Source: a virus (lineage: Duplodnaviria > Caudoviricetes). From it: a stretch of DNA of 25,685 nt. Under the pieces are notes generated by a model that did no database searches, was not told the origin of the DNA, and saw nothing but the letters and a program-made list of their open reading frames with translations. Both the position numbers and the translations under genes were made by a program. Location of the stretch: IMG/VR virus record IMGVR_UViG_3300029825_000044, positions 1 to 25,685 of that record; one strand, given 5' to 3'. How positions within the stretch are numbered: the first letter of the stretch is position 1; each line of letters begins with the position of its first letter. Positions 1 through 9,912 of the stretch are shown here, one piece after another.

Positions 1-211
1 TATTCACTGACTTTTTTGGTTGATCGCTAAACTTTCTTTGTACTTCAGCATCATTTTTTACTGTAGCTATAACTGCTGCATCATGTAATCCCGCAACAAT
101 TGATTTAGACTTACTTTCCGAATTTTCAACATATTGAATTTCAGTCTTATTAAACACTTCAGCATTTACTAATTCCTGGATTTCATCCCTTGTTTTATTA
201 TCTAATTCCAT
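1..211 (-). CDS. Hypothetical protein, 5' part only (runs off the window); first gene after the tail module
   Basis: Not in the ORF track. ATG at 211 is preceded by SD GAGGTG; the frame MELDNKTRDEIQELVNAEVFNKTEIQYVEN... is open to position 1. Confidence 0.75.
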   Translation of the reverse strand, partial: MELDNKTRDEIQELVNAEVFNKTEIQYVENSESKSKSIVAGLHDAAVIATVKNDAEVQRKFSDQPKKSVN

Positions 212-219
212 ATTCACCT

Positions 220-1293
220 CTAATTATTAATTTGAATAATCCAATAATCATAAATACTACCAATATCTCCACCACTTGCTTCATAAGTGGAAATAAAATT
301 TCGAGCAATTTTCCCAACATTTTCTGCTGTTGGAGGAAAAGCCAAATTTAATATTTCTTCAGTAAAAGAAGTTGACCCAATATCAGTTTCATCATAATCA
401 TAATAATAAGGACTACTAGGATCTTTCGTTTCAGCCTCAAAAATTTCTGGAATTGAATATCTATTTTTTATTACCCAACTATATGGTGCAGAACCAGGCC
501 CTTCACTGACAACAATATAATGATCATATATATAATTAATTGCTGTTCCATCTAGCCCAAATTCATTTCTTGGCCCATAACCAATATAAACTGCTGCAAC
601 TTTACCAGAAAATGTTCTAGATGGCCAATAATCATTTGTCAATGTATTTATTATAGTTGTCGGTTCAAGCAAATTATGATAGACATAATTAGCTGTACTT
701 ATCGCTGTGCTAATTGTAGATCCTCCAACTCTATTACTAAATTTCCAATTATAAACATTTCGGTTTCTTAATAAAATATGTTCTTTTATGTATGGAGTAT
801 CAAATCCTTCAACATAAAATTTATTCCAATCGATTAAATCATACGTTACTGTAACATTCTCAAAAATAAGATCAGTAATATAATACGCAGGCACATATTG
901 ACCATTAATTATTTGCGATGGATAAAAAGTGCCATTGTGAGAAACATTAGGGGATTCATAATTTCCTGTTATAAATTGAGCATAAACTTCGGGACCATAT
1001 AAAGAATCTCCTTCATTTGCGATTAGTCTAAATTCAAATTTAGCATTTGTTAAAGTCCTTGATAAGTTATTGATTTCATTTTGATTTATTGAAATAGATA
1101 TAAATATAAACAATAATTTATCGTAGTATTCAGCTCCATCGTAAAATTCAAAAGGAATACTATCTTTTCTAAGAGCATGTGGGGTATGTATATATTCTTG
1201 TTTAAATAATAATAAATCAATTGCAAACTTACCGTTTTTTAATAAATCAATGTTTTTATAACCTTTTTTTTCTAGATAATCCATGTTGATCAC
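220..1293 (-). CDS. Putative tail-tip/minor structural protein of unknown family
   Basis: 357-aa ORF rich in Tyr/Asn/Ile, with a GTGA overlap with the upstream tail gene, at the distal end of the tail module. No motif recognised; the start may be the ATG at 1284. Confidence 0.5.
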   Translation of the reverse strand: MINMDYLEKKGYKNIDLLKNGKFAIDLLLFKQEYIHTPHALRKDSIPFEFYDGAEYYDKLLFIFISISINQNEINNLSRTLTNAKFEFRLIANEGDSLYGPEVYAQFITGNYESPNVSHNGTFYPSQIINGQYVPAYYITDLIFENVTVTYDLIDWNKFYVEGFDTPYIKEHILLRNRNVYNWKFSNRVGGSTISTAISTANYVYHNLLEPTTIINTLTNDYWPSRTFSGKVAAVYIGYGPRNEFGLDGTAINYIYDHYIVVSEGPGSAPYSWVIKNRYSIPEIFEAETKDPSSPYYYDYDETDIGSTSFTEEILNLAFPPTAENVGKIARNFISTYEASGGDIGSIYDYWIIQINN

Positions 1294-2915
1294 ACAACTA
1301 TATCATCAAAAACAATATATACCACATCCACTTCTTTGACAAAATCAGGATGCGTTATTTGACTTTTGAGTATATCTTTAAATTTTAAATTATTTAAACT
1401 ATTTAATTTCAAATCATCCGTTGCTATAGTTAATAAATCATTAACTTCTTGCTCAGAATAAAAGCTTCCATCAAAAGCTCCTTCTTCTAGCATATTTAAA
1501 ACGATTAATTGAACCGCTTCGGTTTCAGGGGGAAATGTCCCTTTATCTTTACTTTGTTCTATTAATGTTGGTACTTCTTTATCAATTATATTATGTATAT
1601 TACCCTCAGTTATTCCGCTACCACTACCTCCACTAGATCCTGTTGATTTAATCGGAGAATCTTCAGTTAAGCCTTTTATAATTTCGGTAAATTTGGTTTT
1701 TTTGAAGCCTAGCTTGACTTTATAACTATCATTATTTCTTTCGATTTCAGTAAGTGGCATTTCAACCATTAGACCGTTCTTGTCATAAACCTTTATAATT
1801 GTATATAAAGCATACTTTGATATATCTACTGGAGTTTGAGTATTTACTATAATTATGTTTTCATTGTATCTACTATTAACGAGTTCGCTTACTGCATTAA
1901 ACTGCGCGGCTTGAAAGAACTCTTCTTCAAAAACTTTTGTAATTACAGGCAAAATTATTTTATCTTGTAATATTAACGATTCATAAATTAAATTATCATT
2001 TCCTAAATAATAATTTCTAATCGGTAAATTGATTGGTCTATTAATAGCTGCATTAGATACTTGATAATAATAATCAATAAAATCTGGAACCCCTTGTTCT
2101 TGATATAATACTTTTAAAGCAAATCCGTTCACATAAATATTGGCATCATCTAAAGGCTCAGGGAATGATTGAGGACCAGCCGTTGCTCTATTTGATTCGG
2201 ATTGCCTATCCCAATATGCTTTAGATGATCCTATCCACATCAATCCTTCTTCAGTATTATTAAATTTTAAAGTTGCAACAGCTTTATTAGTAAGTGTCTC
2301 ATTCTTTGTAGTCTCGTGTACAAAATCATCCAACTTAATTGATGCTGTTTCTGTACTTTGCTTAATCTCCAAAACAATTTTTTTGTTGATCACATCAAAA
2401 TAACTATCTATGAAATAATTGTAATAGGCAAGATATGTCTTTAAAAACTTATTAGCATTTATAGTTAAATACTGCATATCATAGTTAGCTATCCAGTATA
2501 TATCGTCTTGAGGGTTTGGGTATTTAAAATCTATTGGTACTATCTGAATACTCTCTTGATTTTGATTAATAACTGCTTCTGCTACGTCTTTAAACAAAGC
2601 ACCTAGAACAGCTGGAGAAGTTTTTAGATGAGTAGCATAATCCAGTATCACCTCGGTGTTAAGCATCTTTTTAAAATCATCACCCGAGAATTTGACAAAA
2701 GTTCCTGCTTGTTTTAACCATTTTACATAACCACTGTAAACTTGTTTCCCGGTATTATTGCATAATACAAAAATTAATCCTTTTGAAATATTAACATTAG
2801 TTATCCCCGAAAAATTAGAAGTATCCAGTTCAAAAACTCTTTCTGTAATCTCATATTTAACATCTGTAATATTTGTAATATGTTTTAAGTCTCTACCGTA
2901 AATTGCAATATACAT
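1290..2915 (-). CDS. Putative baseplate hub/Tal-position tail protein
   Basis: 541 aa with SD GGAGGTG, directly after Dit (TMP-Dit-Tal synteny). A C-terminal 'YKVKLG' strand is followed by a Gly/Ser linker (STGSSGGSGSG). Confidence 0.6.
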   Translation of the reverse strand: MYIAIYGRDLKHITNITDVKYEITERVFELDTSNFSGITNVNISKGLIFVLCNNTGKQVYSGYVKWLKQAGTFVKFSGDDFKKMLNTEVILDYATHLKTSPAVLGALFKDVAEAVINQNQESIQIVPIDFKYPNPQDDIYWIANYDMQYLTINANKFLKTYLAYYNYFIDSYFDVINKKIVLEIKQSTETASIKLDDFVHETTKNETLTNKAVATLKFNNTEEGLMWIGSSKAYWDRQSESNRATAGPQSFPEPLDDANIYVNGFALKVLYQEQGVPDFIDYYYQVSNAAINRPINLPIRNYYLGNDNLIYESLILQDKIILPVITKVFEEEFFQAAQFNAVSELVNSRYNENIIIVNTQTPVDISKYALYTIIKVYDKNGLMVEMPLTEIERNNDSYKVKLGFKKTKFTEIIKGLTEDSPIKSTGSSGGSGSGITEGNIHNIIDKEVPTLIEQSKDKGTFPPETEAVQLIVLNMLEEGAFDGSFYSEQEVNDLLTIATDDLKLNSLNNLKFKDILKSQITHPDFVKEVDVVYIVFDDIVV

Positions 2916-2983
2916 TGTTTCACCTCCAATTTATGCACATCCATCAGCACAAAGAAAGTCAATATTAGTATTAATATTTATTT

Positions 2984-5083
2984 CTAATCTGCCACCCATT
3001 TTTTATAAGTTATTTTTAAAGGGAAACCATTTGCATCTTTTAAAACGTAGAGACCTTTATCTAAATTAATAAATGAATCATATAAATGATCGATAGCATC
3101 ATACGCTGATATTTCGCCTGCAGTATTTAAAAATTTAGTTTGTTTATTCTCACTGTCAATCAATAACGAATACCCAGTTTTGAGTGTAGCATTAACCCTT
3201 CCAACTTCCGTCAAATCTCCCATTTCTTCTATTGTTGAACTCCATGTTGTTCCAATAGCTCCACTTTCAATTTTAATTTGTTTTGAAATGAATCGAACTA
3301 TGTCAGTATTAGTTCCAACTGTATTATCATTTTTTACAATTATTTTAGCAGTATTGGAAATCATTTCTTCAGTAAGAATAAAAGTATATTCATATTTAGC
3401 CCATTCACTTTTTAATTTAAAAACTTGAGAAAGTGAATTTTTGATTAATCCAATATTTGAATATAACCCAATGTTTATACTATTACCAAGATTATTCCCT
3501 TCTGTTAAACATGCAAAAAATGAAATTGTTAATGGATCTCCAATTTGAAGCCCTAAATTTTTAAAACTAAAATCAAATTCTTTTTGAGCATATAATTGAC
3601 CATTTTCTACTATAACAGTCCCTTTTGAATAAGTTTGGATGTTATTTGAGTATGATGCTGTGGTAATGGTTTCTGGAGTTGCAAGTTCATATAATGCATT
3701 TACATTATTTGTTCCTAGCCATGTTTTAAAACCTGCAACGTCCAATGTAGTTAATTTAGATTTTGAAATAGTTATTTGTATAGTAGTGATAGTCCCATGA
3801 GTATCAATATTTTCAATATCAGTTCCAGCAACGCCTTCATTAAAAAAAGTAGATATTATAATTCCTGCAACTTTTACATCAGATTTATTATGAGTAAATC
3901 TAATAGTATTTGTATATGTTGATGCTAATACCCATTCTTCAGTGCCATTCAACACCACATACCCAACATTCTTCACATGCCTATCCCAATACCACCTATC
4001 CCCTACTAAATTCGGTAATTTAGGCATACCATAAGAGAATGGTGTAGTTAGTGGGATTATGTGTTCTTGGTATGGTTGATAAGGTAGGGCTTCTGTGCCT
4101 TCGTTGAGCTGAATTTGTACTAAATCTTTTGATACAACTGGAATGTCTAATACTGATATTGCTATAAAATATGTATTTGCATTAGTAGTGATAGTTACAC
4201 TATGTATTTCTCCACTAGCATAAGTAGTACCACCATAATGATTAACACTTAAAGTTTTATCGTTTTTCAATTCTACTAACATAGGTCTTAATGTAGATGG
4301 ATAAGTGTGTAAAAACTTGAGGGTATATGAAGTATTAGGCTTTACTGATACAAAATTATAAAAAGAATTTGCAAATGTATTTTCTATCCCATCGTAAAAT
4401 TTACCATTTATAGCATTATTTTTATCAAATAGATTATTACTCTTACTAATGATTTGTTTTGGCTTTGATATTACGAACTGACCATCAACAACTGTTGTAG
4501 GATTACCTTCGATGTAAAAAGGAGCTTCTGATTTTGGAAGAAAATTACTATTAAATTCTCCAGCATAATTAATCCTTAAATCTAATATCCCACTATCTTT
4601 TGCAGTTTCAACATTCACAGGCATTGGTATAAAAGTATTATTCTGAATTACTAATTCATACGGAAGATTATCTCCTGGAGAATTTATTTCAACATTTTTA
4701 TACCAGGGAGTAATTCTTTCAAATATAACAGTTTCAGTAATAATTCTATAGTTTGTTTTTTGCGTTTTTGGAGAGTTTAATAAATAAACATCTGCAAATC
4801 TTTCATTCGTTCCATAATCATATCCTAAAATAAATCTGTTTTTGCCATTTGAAATTATAAAATCAAGAAATCGTTTATAATCATTATAAGCATTACTATC
4901 AATTCCAAAATTAATAGTAAGAGATATGTTTTCAAAATTATATTCTAAATCATGCACTGTTTTTTCAAATTTTATTAGATCATATTTAGTACCTAGTCCT
5001 GATATATCAGTTACTAAGTACTTTTTATCGTTAAAGTCAATAAATGAGGATTTATTATAATTATATAATTTTAATTTTCTCAT
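2984..5083 (-). CDS. Distal tail protein (evolved Dit) with inserted carbohydrate-binding-like modules
   Basis: Follows the tape measure gene. It has a Dit-like N-terminus (LVTDISGLG...ERITPWY) and C-terminus (FINLDKG...ITYKKW). Internal motifs NNLFDK...QLNEGTEALPYQPY, FKTWL...YELATP and IKIESGAIGTTW are typical of phage tail accessory domains. Confidence 0.7.
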   Translation of the reverse strand: MRKLKLYNYNKSSFIDFNDKKYLVTDISGLGTKYDLIKFEKTVHDLEYNFENISLTINFGIDSNAYNDYKRFLDFIISNGKNRFILGYDYGTNERFADVYLLNSPKTQKTNYRIITETVIFERITPWYKNVEINSPGDNLPYELVIQNNTFIPMPVNVETAKDSGILDLRINYAGEFNSNFLPKSEAPFYIEGNPTTVVDGQFVISKPKQIISKSNNLFDKNNAINGKFYDGIENTFANSFYNFVSVKPNTSYTLKFLHTYPSTLRPMLVELKNDKTLSVNHYGGTTYASGEIHSVTITTNANTYFIAISVLDIPVVSKDLVQIQLNEGTEALPYQPYQEHIIPLTTPFSYGMPKLPNLVGDRWYWDRHVKNVGYVVLNGTEEWVLASTYTNTIRFTHNKSDVKVAGIIISTFFNEGVAGTDIENIDTHGTITTIQITISKSKLTTLDVAGFKTWLGTNNVNALYELATPETITTASYSNNIQTYSKGTVIVENGQLYAQKEFDFSFKNLGLQIGDPLTISFFACLTEGNNLGNSINIGLYSNIGLIKNSLSQVFKLKSEWAKYEYTFILTEEMISNTAKIIVKNDNTVGTNTDIVRFISKQIKIESGAIGTTWSSTIEEMGDLTEVGRVNATLKTGYSLLIDSENKQTKFLNTAGEISAYDAIDHLYDSFINLDKGLYVLKDANGFPLKITYKKWVAD

Positions 5084-5096
5084 AATAAGCCTCCTC

Positions 5097-7124
5097 TTAA
5101 AATTGTTCTGCCATTTTTAAATTAATAGTCCTATAGAAATTTTCTTCATCAAACTCTGCTGCATAATTATTAAAATGTACATCGACCTTAACTTCTTTCT
5201 TTGAGTAGTCGTTATTTGTTATAGTTTGAGGTGATGACCAATTCTGTGTATTAGTAATAGCTTGCTCTGGAGTTAATACGGGATCTTTTGTTTTTTCTGG
5301 AGCGACTGTTTTTTGATTTGATTTATTACTTGTTAAATCAATTCTATCGATTTTATTAATGGATATTCCAACAACACCAGTAACTTTATTTAATTTATCA
5401 ATAAGCCAATTAACTTTATCAATAAGCCAATTTATTCCTATTTCAAAATATTTCATTATTCCATCGGTGATGCCTTTAAATTTTTGCATGATCCAATCAA
5501 ACGCACCACCTAAAACATTTTGAATAACACTTGCAAATTCGGTGATAATCGTGATTAATGGTTTAATTAAATTAAATATAACTTCTAAAATTTTTGATAA
5601 AACTTGCAGCGGTAGTAAGACAAACTTTAGTATTTCTCCTAAAATGCCTATACTTAATCCCAACCCGTCTATAATCGGCAATAACATTACTGCTAACATA
5701 TCAATAATAGGTCCAATTATTCCCATTATTGTATTTAATATATTTCCAAAGATTTCAAAAACAGGCATTAGAGCACTACCTATCGTTGAAACTAAACTAT
5801 TAATCGACTCCCGAAACTCTTCGTTTTTGGAATACATGAGAGCTAGTAGTCCCACAATTAGGCCTATAACACCAATAATGGGATGTGCAGATAACAAGCT
5901 AAGTGCTTTTGTTAAACCACCAGTAGAACTTATTAAACTACCAATTCCAGATGTCATCTTCCCAATTATGGACAAAAATGGAGCAAGACCTGCAACAACT
6001 GCTAAAGCTCCAAACAAAAACTTTTGTTGGCCATCACTTAAATTCATAAACCAATTAGCAACATTTTGAATTGCCGGAACAACTTTCTCACTTAAAAACG
6101 AAGCAAAAGTTTCCATTAAAGGGAGCATTGCTGCTCCTATTTGATTTTTAATGTTTGCTAAAGATGTTTTTATCATGTTGAGTTTATCATCAAAACTTGA
6201 TAAATTTTCAACTTGTTCATTAGACATGTATCCCAATGCTTCAAATTCAGATGTTAAAGTTGCTAGGCCAGTTCCACCTTGATTTAGCAAAGGAATTATT
6301 TTTGAACCTAACTTATCTCCAAAAATTTCATTTGCTAATGATGCTTTTTGTATTGGATCTTCAATACTTGCTAATCTTGATATTATTATATCTAAATTAG
6401 CCCCCATTCCTTTAGCAGCCTCTTCACTAGATATTCCTAACATTCTTAAAGCTTCAGCACTCTTCCCGCTATCACCTTTTGACAAATCAGCAAGGGCACT
6501 TTGGGTTTTAACAAATGCATTTTGAAGTTCTGTATTTTGCAACCCTGACTGCATGGCTATATATTGCCACTTTTGGAGTTCTTCAGCTGAGATATTAACT
6601 TGTTGAGAAAAGTCACTAACGTCAGATGCACTTGAGATTGAACTTTTTCCAATAGCAACAAAACTTGCTAATAGTCCTGTTGCTGCTACAGAGAATGGTT
6701 TTAAAACATTCCCAGCTTTTGAGATAGAATCTCCTACACCTTTAACTTGATCTGATATTCTATCAAGTCTTAGATTATTAATTTCTTCTAATTTATTTTT
6801 TAAAAGAACTGCATCTGATTCAGTTCTTATTAATTGGGATTGTAAATTTTGATATGAAGTAGTATCTACTTTCCCTGTATCTTCTAAATATTTTAATTCA
6901 TCTTTAAGACTTTTTGCTTTAAACTCAGTTAGCTCAATAGTTTTTTGAGCTTGCTCTAATGCCTCTCCAAAACGTTCATCATCAAAATCGAGTTCTAGTG
7001 ATTTATTTAGTGAATTAACAATATTAGTAGTTCCTCTAATCCTACCATCTACTTTTTTTATATCTTTGTCAAATTTTTTTGTATCCGCACCGATAGAGAC
7101 ACTCAATCCCATAAATTCAGCCAT
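5097..7124 (-). CDS. Tail tape measure protein
   Basis: 675 aa. N-terminus GLSVSIGADTKKF, coiled-coil region, amphipathic/hydrophobic repeats (WLIDKVNWLIDK); follows the chaperone pair. Confidence 0.92.
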   Translation of the reverse strand: MAEFMGLSVSIGADTKKFDKDIKKVDGRIRGTTNIVNSLNKSLELDFDDERFGEALEQAQKTIELTEFKAKSLKDELKYLEDTGKVDTTSYQNLQSQLIRTESDAVLLKNKLEEINNLRLDRISDQVKGVGDSISKAGNVLKPFSVAATGLLASFVAIGKSSISSASDVSDFSQQVNISAEELQKWQYIAMQSGLQNTELQNAFVKTQSALADLSKGDSGKSAEALRMLGISSEEAAKGMGANLDIIISRLASIEDPIQKASLANEIFGDKLGSKIIPLLNQGGTGLATLTSEFEALGYMSNEQVENLSSFDDKLNMIKTSLANIKNQIGAAMLPLMETFASFLSEKVVPAIQNVANWFMNLSDGQQKFLFGALAVVAGLAPFLSIIGKMTSGIGSLISSTGGLTKALSLLSAHPIIGVIGLIVGLLALMYSKNEEFRESINSLVSTIGSALMPVFEIFGNILNTIMGIIGPIIDMLAVMLLPIIDGLGLSIGILGEILKFVLLPLQVLSKILEVIFNLIKPLITIITEFASVIQNVLGGAFDWIMQKFKGITDGIMKYFEIGINWLIDKVNWLIDKLNKVTGVVGISINKIDRIDLTSNKSNQKTVAPEKTKDPVLTPEQAITNTQNWSSPQTITNNDYSKKEVKVDVHFNNYAAEFDEENFYRTINLKMAEQF

Positions 7125-7140
7125 TTAAATCACTCCCCTC

Positions 7141-7445
7141 TCAACAAGAATGCATTCTTAAAATATCTTCATCAGTTGCATCAACAACTTCTAATCCTAG
7201 ACTAGATAATCTTTCAGTTTCTTTTCTTCTTAATACTTCTTGTAAATTTTCGATTTCATATTCAATTATTAAATATTGTAAATCATAAAAATTTAAATTA
7301 CACATTAACTCATATGAGATATTATATTTGCTACATTTTTTGATTAAAGTTAAAATATAGGGCGAGCTATTTTCTTTTTTGTCATTAGAGGATGCAGGAT
7401 ACACTATAAAAATTAAATTATTCAAGAAAACAACCCGCTCTGTTA
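7141..7445 (-). CDS. Tail assembly chaperone, frameshift extension (lambda gpT analogue)
   Basis: The -1 frame is open from the slippery site A AAA AAC (7452-7446) through to the TGA at 7141. The track's TTG start at 7425 has no clear SD. Confidence 0.75.
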
Positions 7446-7820
7446 GTTTTTTGCTATTGTTTTATTTACCTCGCCAAGAACAATTTCAATTTTTTCAAAA
7501 ATTTCTTTATAGTTTTCTGGCTCAAATAATGTAATAAAATCTATAAAAGTTGGCAATTCAGGGGAATTGACATAACAATATAAAAGTTTTAATATCCCCA
7601 AAAAATTGGCAAGGATAGCATCTTGATTACTTTTCCAGCTCATAACTCTGTCAGTATAAGTAGCTAAAGAACAATTCATTGAATTTTGAAATTGTTCTTC
7701 CCATTTCTGATGAGCTTTAAAAGATGTATCAATATTTACTTTTAACTCATCTTTAGTAACTACAACTCTATTGGTTTGTTCGTCCCATTCTTTTTGAATA
7801 GTAGGTAATTTAACTATCAT
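7443..7820 (-). CDS. Tail assembly chaperone (lambda gpG analogue)
   Basis: 125 aa between the major tail and tape measure genes; ends GCA AAA AAC TAA. Confidence 0.8.
   Translation of the reverse strand: MIVKLPTIQKEWDEQTNRVVVTKDELKVNIDTSFKAHQKWEEQFQNSMNCSLATYTDRVMSWKSNQDAILANFLGILKLLYCYVNSPELPTFIDFITLFEPENYKEIFEKIEIVLGEVNKTIAKN
7446..7452 (-). other. -1 programmed ribosomal frameshift slippery heptamer A AAA AAC
   Basis: X XXY YYZ heptamer immediately before the stop codon; a -1 shift joins the frame LTERVVFLNNLIFIVYP... Confidence 0.8.
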
Positions 7821-8440
7821 TAAATCACTACTTTCATTTTAGGAATTGGAACAGTGTCCCCAAATGTAGCATATCCTGGTGATTCTGGATAAGCAGTAAT
7901 TCTTGTTACTTTTTTTGTGTTTCCTTTTTCATCAAAATAATCTTCATCTCCAGTAGATTTTTTTATATTTACGCCCATAATAGTTAACGGATATGCAAAT
8001 GGATTTATTGTACGACTATCTTGATTTTGTTGATAACTTTCTGCGGCTTGCCCACTTACGCAATTATACAACCAACTTTTAAGAGTAATAGTAACTCCAT
8101 TTCTACGAGCATTAACTTCATAGTAAATTGCATGTTGAATAGAATTATCTTGTTGAATATCAGCATAACCTTCTTCAACTTCTATCAAACGACCGCAAGC
8201 AATTTCATATTCTGGTTCTTTATTCATAACTGATAATTCTCCAGTTTTACCTTTATCATCAATTAATACATCCATTTTTTCGCCATCCATGTAAATAGGC
8301 TGTTCACTATAATCAGGTTCTAACGATAAACTATTAGCATATGCAAGATCTTCAGGCGTTTTATATAGTCCTGTTTCTTCATCTACCATAGCAAATTTGA
8401 CATTTTTTACATTAAATCTAACCATTTTTTTCTTTGCCAT
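7820..8440 (-). CDS. Major tail (tube) protein, phi13-like family
   Basis: 206 aa with motifs VRFNVKNVKFA, YMDG and WLYNC; positioned before the chaperones. Confidence 0.85.
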   Translation of the reverse strand: MAKKKMVRFNVKNVKFAMVDEETGLYKTPEDLAYANSLSLEPDYSEQPIYMDGEKMDVLIDDKGKTGELSVMNKEPEYEIACGRLIEVEEGYADIQQDNSIQHAIYYEVNARRNGVTITLKSWLYNCVSGQAAESYQQNQDSRTINPFAYPLTIMGVNIKKSTGDEDYFDEKGNTKKVTRITAYPESPGYATFGDTVPIPKMKVVI

Positions 8441-8441
8441 T

Positions 8442-8813
8442 TTATTTCAATCTCCTCTCTAATTCATTTTTAAATCTTGAAAATAATTCTGTTTTATTAG
8501 CATTATAAGTCCTTTTAATAAATGGATGGCGATTTCTACCATGTTCTAATATATTTGACAATGGTACACTCCTAAAATTAGGAGTTTCTTTTGTCATTTT
8601 TGAGTTACCTATGTATCTAACATTAGGGTACTTTCTTTTTACTTCCCATTGATCTTTAAAATGGATTGAACTATTACCAATAGGTGATGCTGATTCTAGT
8701 TTTGTTACCATCCAATCAGCAGCTACATCTAAAGATTTTTGTATAGCATCAAATTGTTTATCCCTATATTCACGAACAAGTTCAGCAAATTGATCTTCTA
8801 ATTTAATTTGCAT
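8442..8813 (-). CDS. HK97 gp10-like neck/tail completion protein
   Basis: 123 aa with motifs LESASP, ILEHG and HPFIKRTY. Confidence 0.75.
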   Translation of the reverse strand: MQIKLEDQFAELVREYRDKQFDAIQKSLDVAADWMVTKLESASPIGNSSIHFKDQWEVKRKYPNVRYIGNSKMTKETPNFRSVPLSNILEHGRNRHPFIKRTYNANKTELFSRFKNELERRLK

Positions 8814-9228
8814 CGCTAAACACCTTTTCCATTTGAAAAGGATAAATATATAATTTTAATTGAGGATCATAATCAACATTGCCAGCTAAATCAAATTCCC
8901 ATTCATTTAATTCACAAGCATTATTAATATTTTCAATTAAATCATTTACTTTATCTTTATTTGTATAAATTGTTAAATTAACAATTACAGTATGACTAAA
9001 AGGATCTCCATCTAAATATTCATCGTTATCAATAGATCGAATGTTATAAACAATAAAAATCGGTTTTAATGATGCTAATTCTGATGGTACTGTTATATTC
9101 CAAAACATAATACTTTTATTATTTTTTAATTCTTCTGGAGTCGCTTGGAGGCCATCGATTAATCCGGCGGATGATAAAGTTGATTTTATACTATCATTCA
9201 CAGCAAACATTACTTGATATAATTTCAT
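8803..9228 (-). CDS. Putative tail terminator protein
   Basis: Motif pattern FIVY...YLDG...VNLTIYT...YDPQLKLY; neck-module position. The likely start is ATG 9228 (TAATG overlap); the track starts it at 9243. Confidence 0.6.
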   Translation of the reverse strand: MKLYQVMFAVNDSIKSTLSSAGLIDGLQATPEELKNNKSIMFWNITVPSELASLKPIFIVYNIRSIDNDEYLDGDPFSHTVIVNLTIYTNKDKVNDLIENINNACELNEWEFDLAGNVDYDPQLKLYIYPFQMEKVFSDAN

Positions 9229-9587
9229 TACCATACACTCCATTCTATAAAATCATATTCTTTTGGAGTTATTTCATAAGCGATAAATTTAACTTCATTT
9301 TTATAAAATTCGAACAAATCTGCAGGGCCAATTTGATATGTTTTTCCTCTAAACTCTACATACATATCTGTTTTTATTTCTCTGAAATTAATTACAAATT
9401 GTACATTGGATCCATCTCTAATTGAATTAGCTGCATTTTGTTCAGTAGCCGACAATTGTCTTACATAAGCATTCAAAGTGCTATTTTCAGGATGAATATA
9501 CTTTTTTGTTATAGAATTTTCTTGAATAATTTCATAAAAAATTCTTATGCTTTTATCTTTACGTGAAAATTTTGGACCTACGTTCAT
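9228..9587 (-). CDS. Head closure / head-tail adaptor (SPP1 gp16-like)
   Basis: 119 aa with motifs AYVRQLSATE, FVINFRE and MYVEFRGKTYQI. Confidence 0.8.
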   Translation of the reverse strand: MNVGPKFSRKDKSIRIFYEIIQENSITKKYIHPENSTLNAYVRQLSATEQNAANSIRDGSNVQFVINFREIKTDMYVEFRGKTYQIGPADLFEFYKNEVKFIAYEITPKEYDFIEWSVW

Positions 9588-9889
9588 AATATTACCTTTA
9601 ATTTTTCATCAGCAATAATTTGTAAATCCGAAATTAAACCACCAATACCAATTAAATAATCATGTTGTTTGTTATATCCTGTTGATCCAAAATAAATTTG
9701 TCTGATATACATTTGAGCACATAAAATGGCTAATGGCTCTTTTTCAATATCTTTTGAAAAGTCATAACCAGTTTTATGAAAAATATAGGAGGTAGCTTGG
9801 TTACTATACATTTCTAACATTTGCACATTAGCGTCATCATCCAAATAAAGTGCCTCTTTTACTTGTTCAGTTGTTAAAATATTTGTCAT
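9584..9889 (-). CDS. Head-tail connector (HK97 gp6/SPP1 gp15-like)
   Basis: 101 aa, LTTEQVKEALYLD...YIFHKTG; directly after the capsid gene; SD AGGAGG. Confidence 0.8.
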   Translation of the reverse strand: MTNILTTEQVKEALYLDDDANVQMLEMYSNQATSYIFHKTGYDFSKDIEKEPLAILCAQMYIRQIYFGSTGYNKQHDYLIGIGGLISDLQIIADEKLKVIL

Positions 9890-9912
9890 AACTACCTCCT
9901 ATTTTTTATATA

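Noticed and set aside
220-1293. Possible diversity-generating retroelement target (Asn/Tyr-rich tail-end gene)
   Set aside because: No reverse transcriptase and no template/variable repeat pair were seen in the window.
2916-2983. 68-bp gap in the tail module with an AATATTAGTATTAATATT dyad and TTGACT
   Set aside because: The dyad is almost all A/T and there is no correctly spaced -10, so it is not distinguishable from chance.
5378-5432. Short direct repeats (TTTATCAATAAGCCAATT)
   Set aside because: They encode ordinary tape measure WLIDK repeats and are not a CRISPR array or regulatory repeat.
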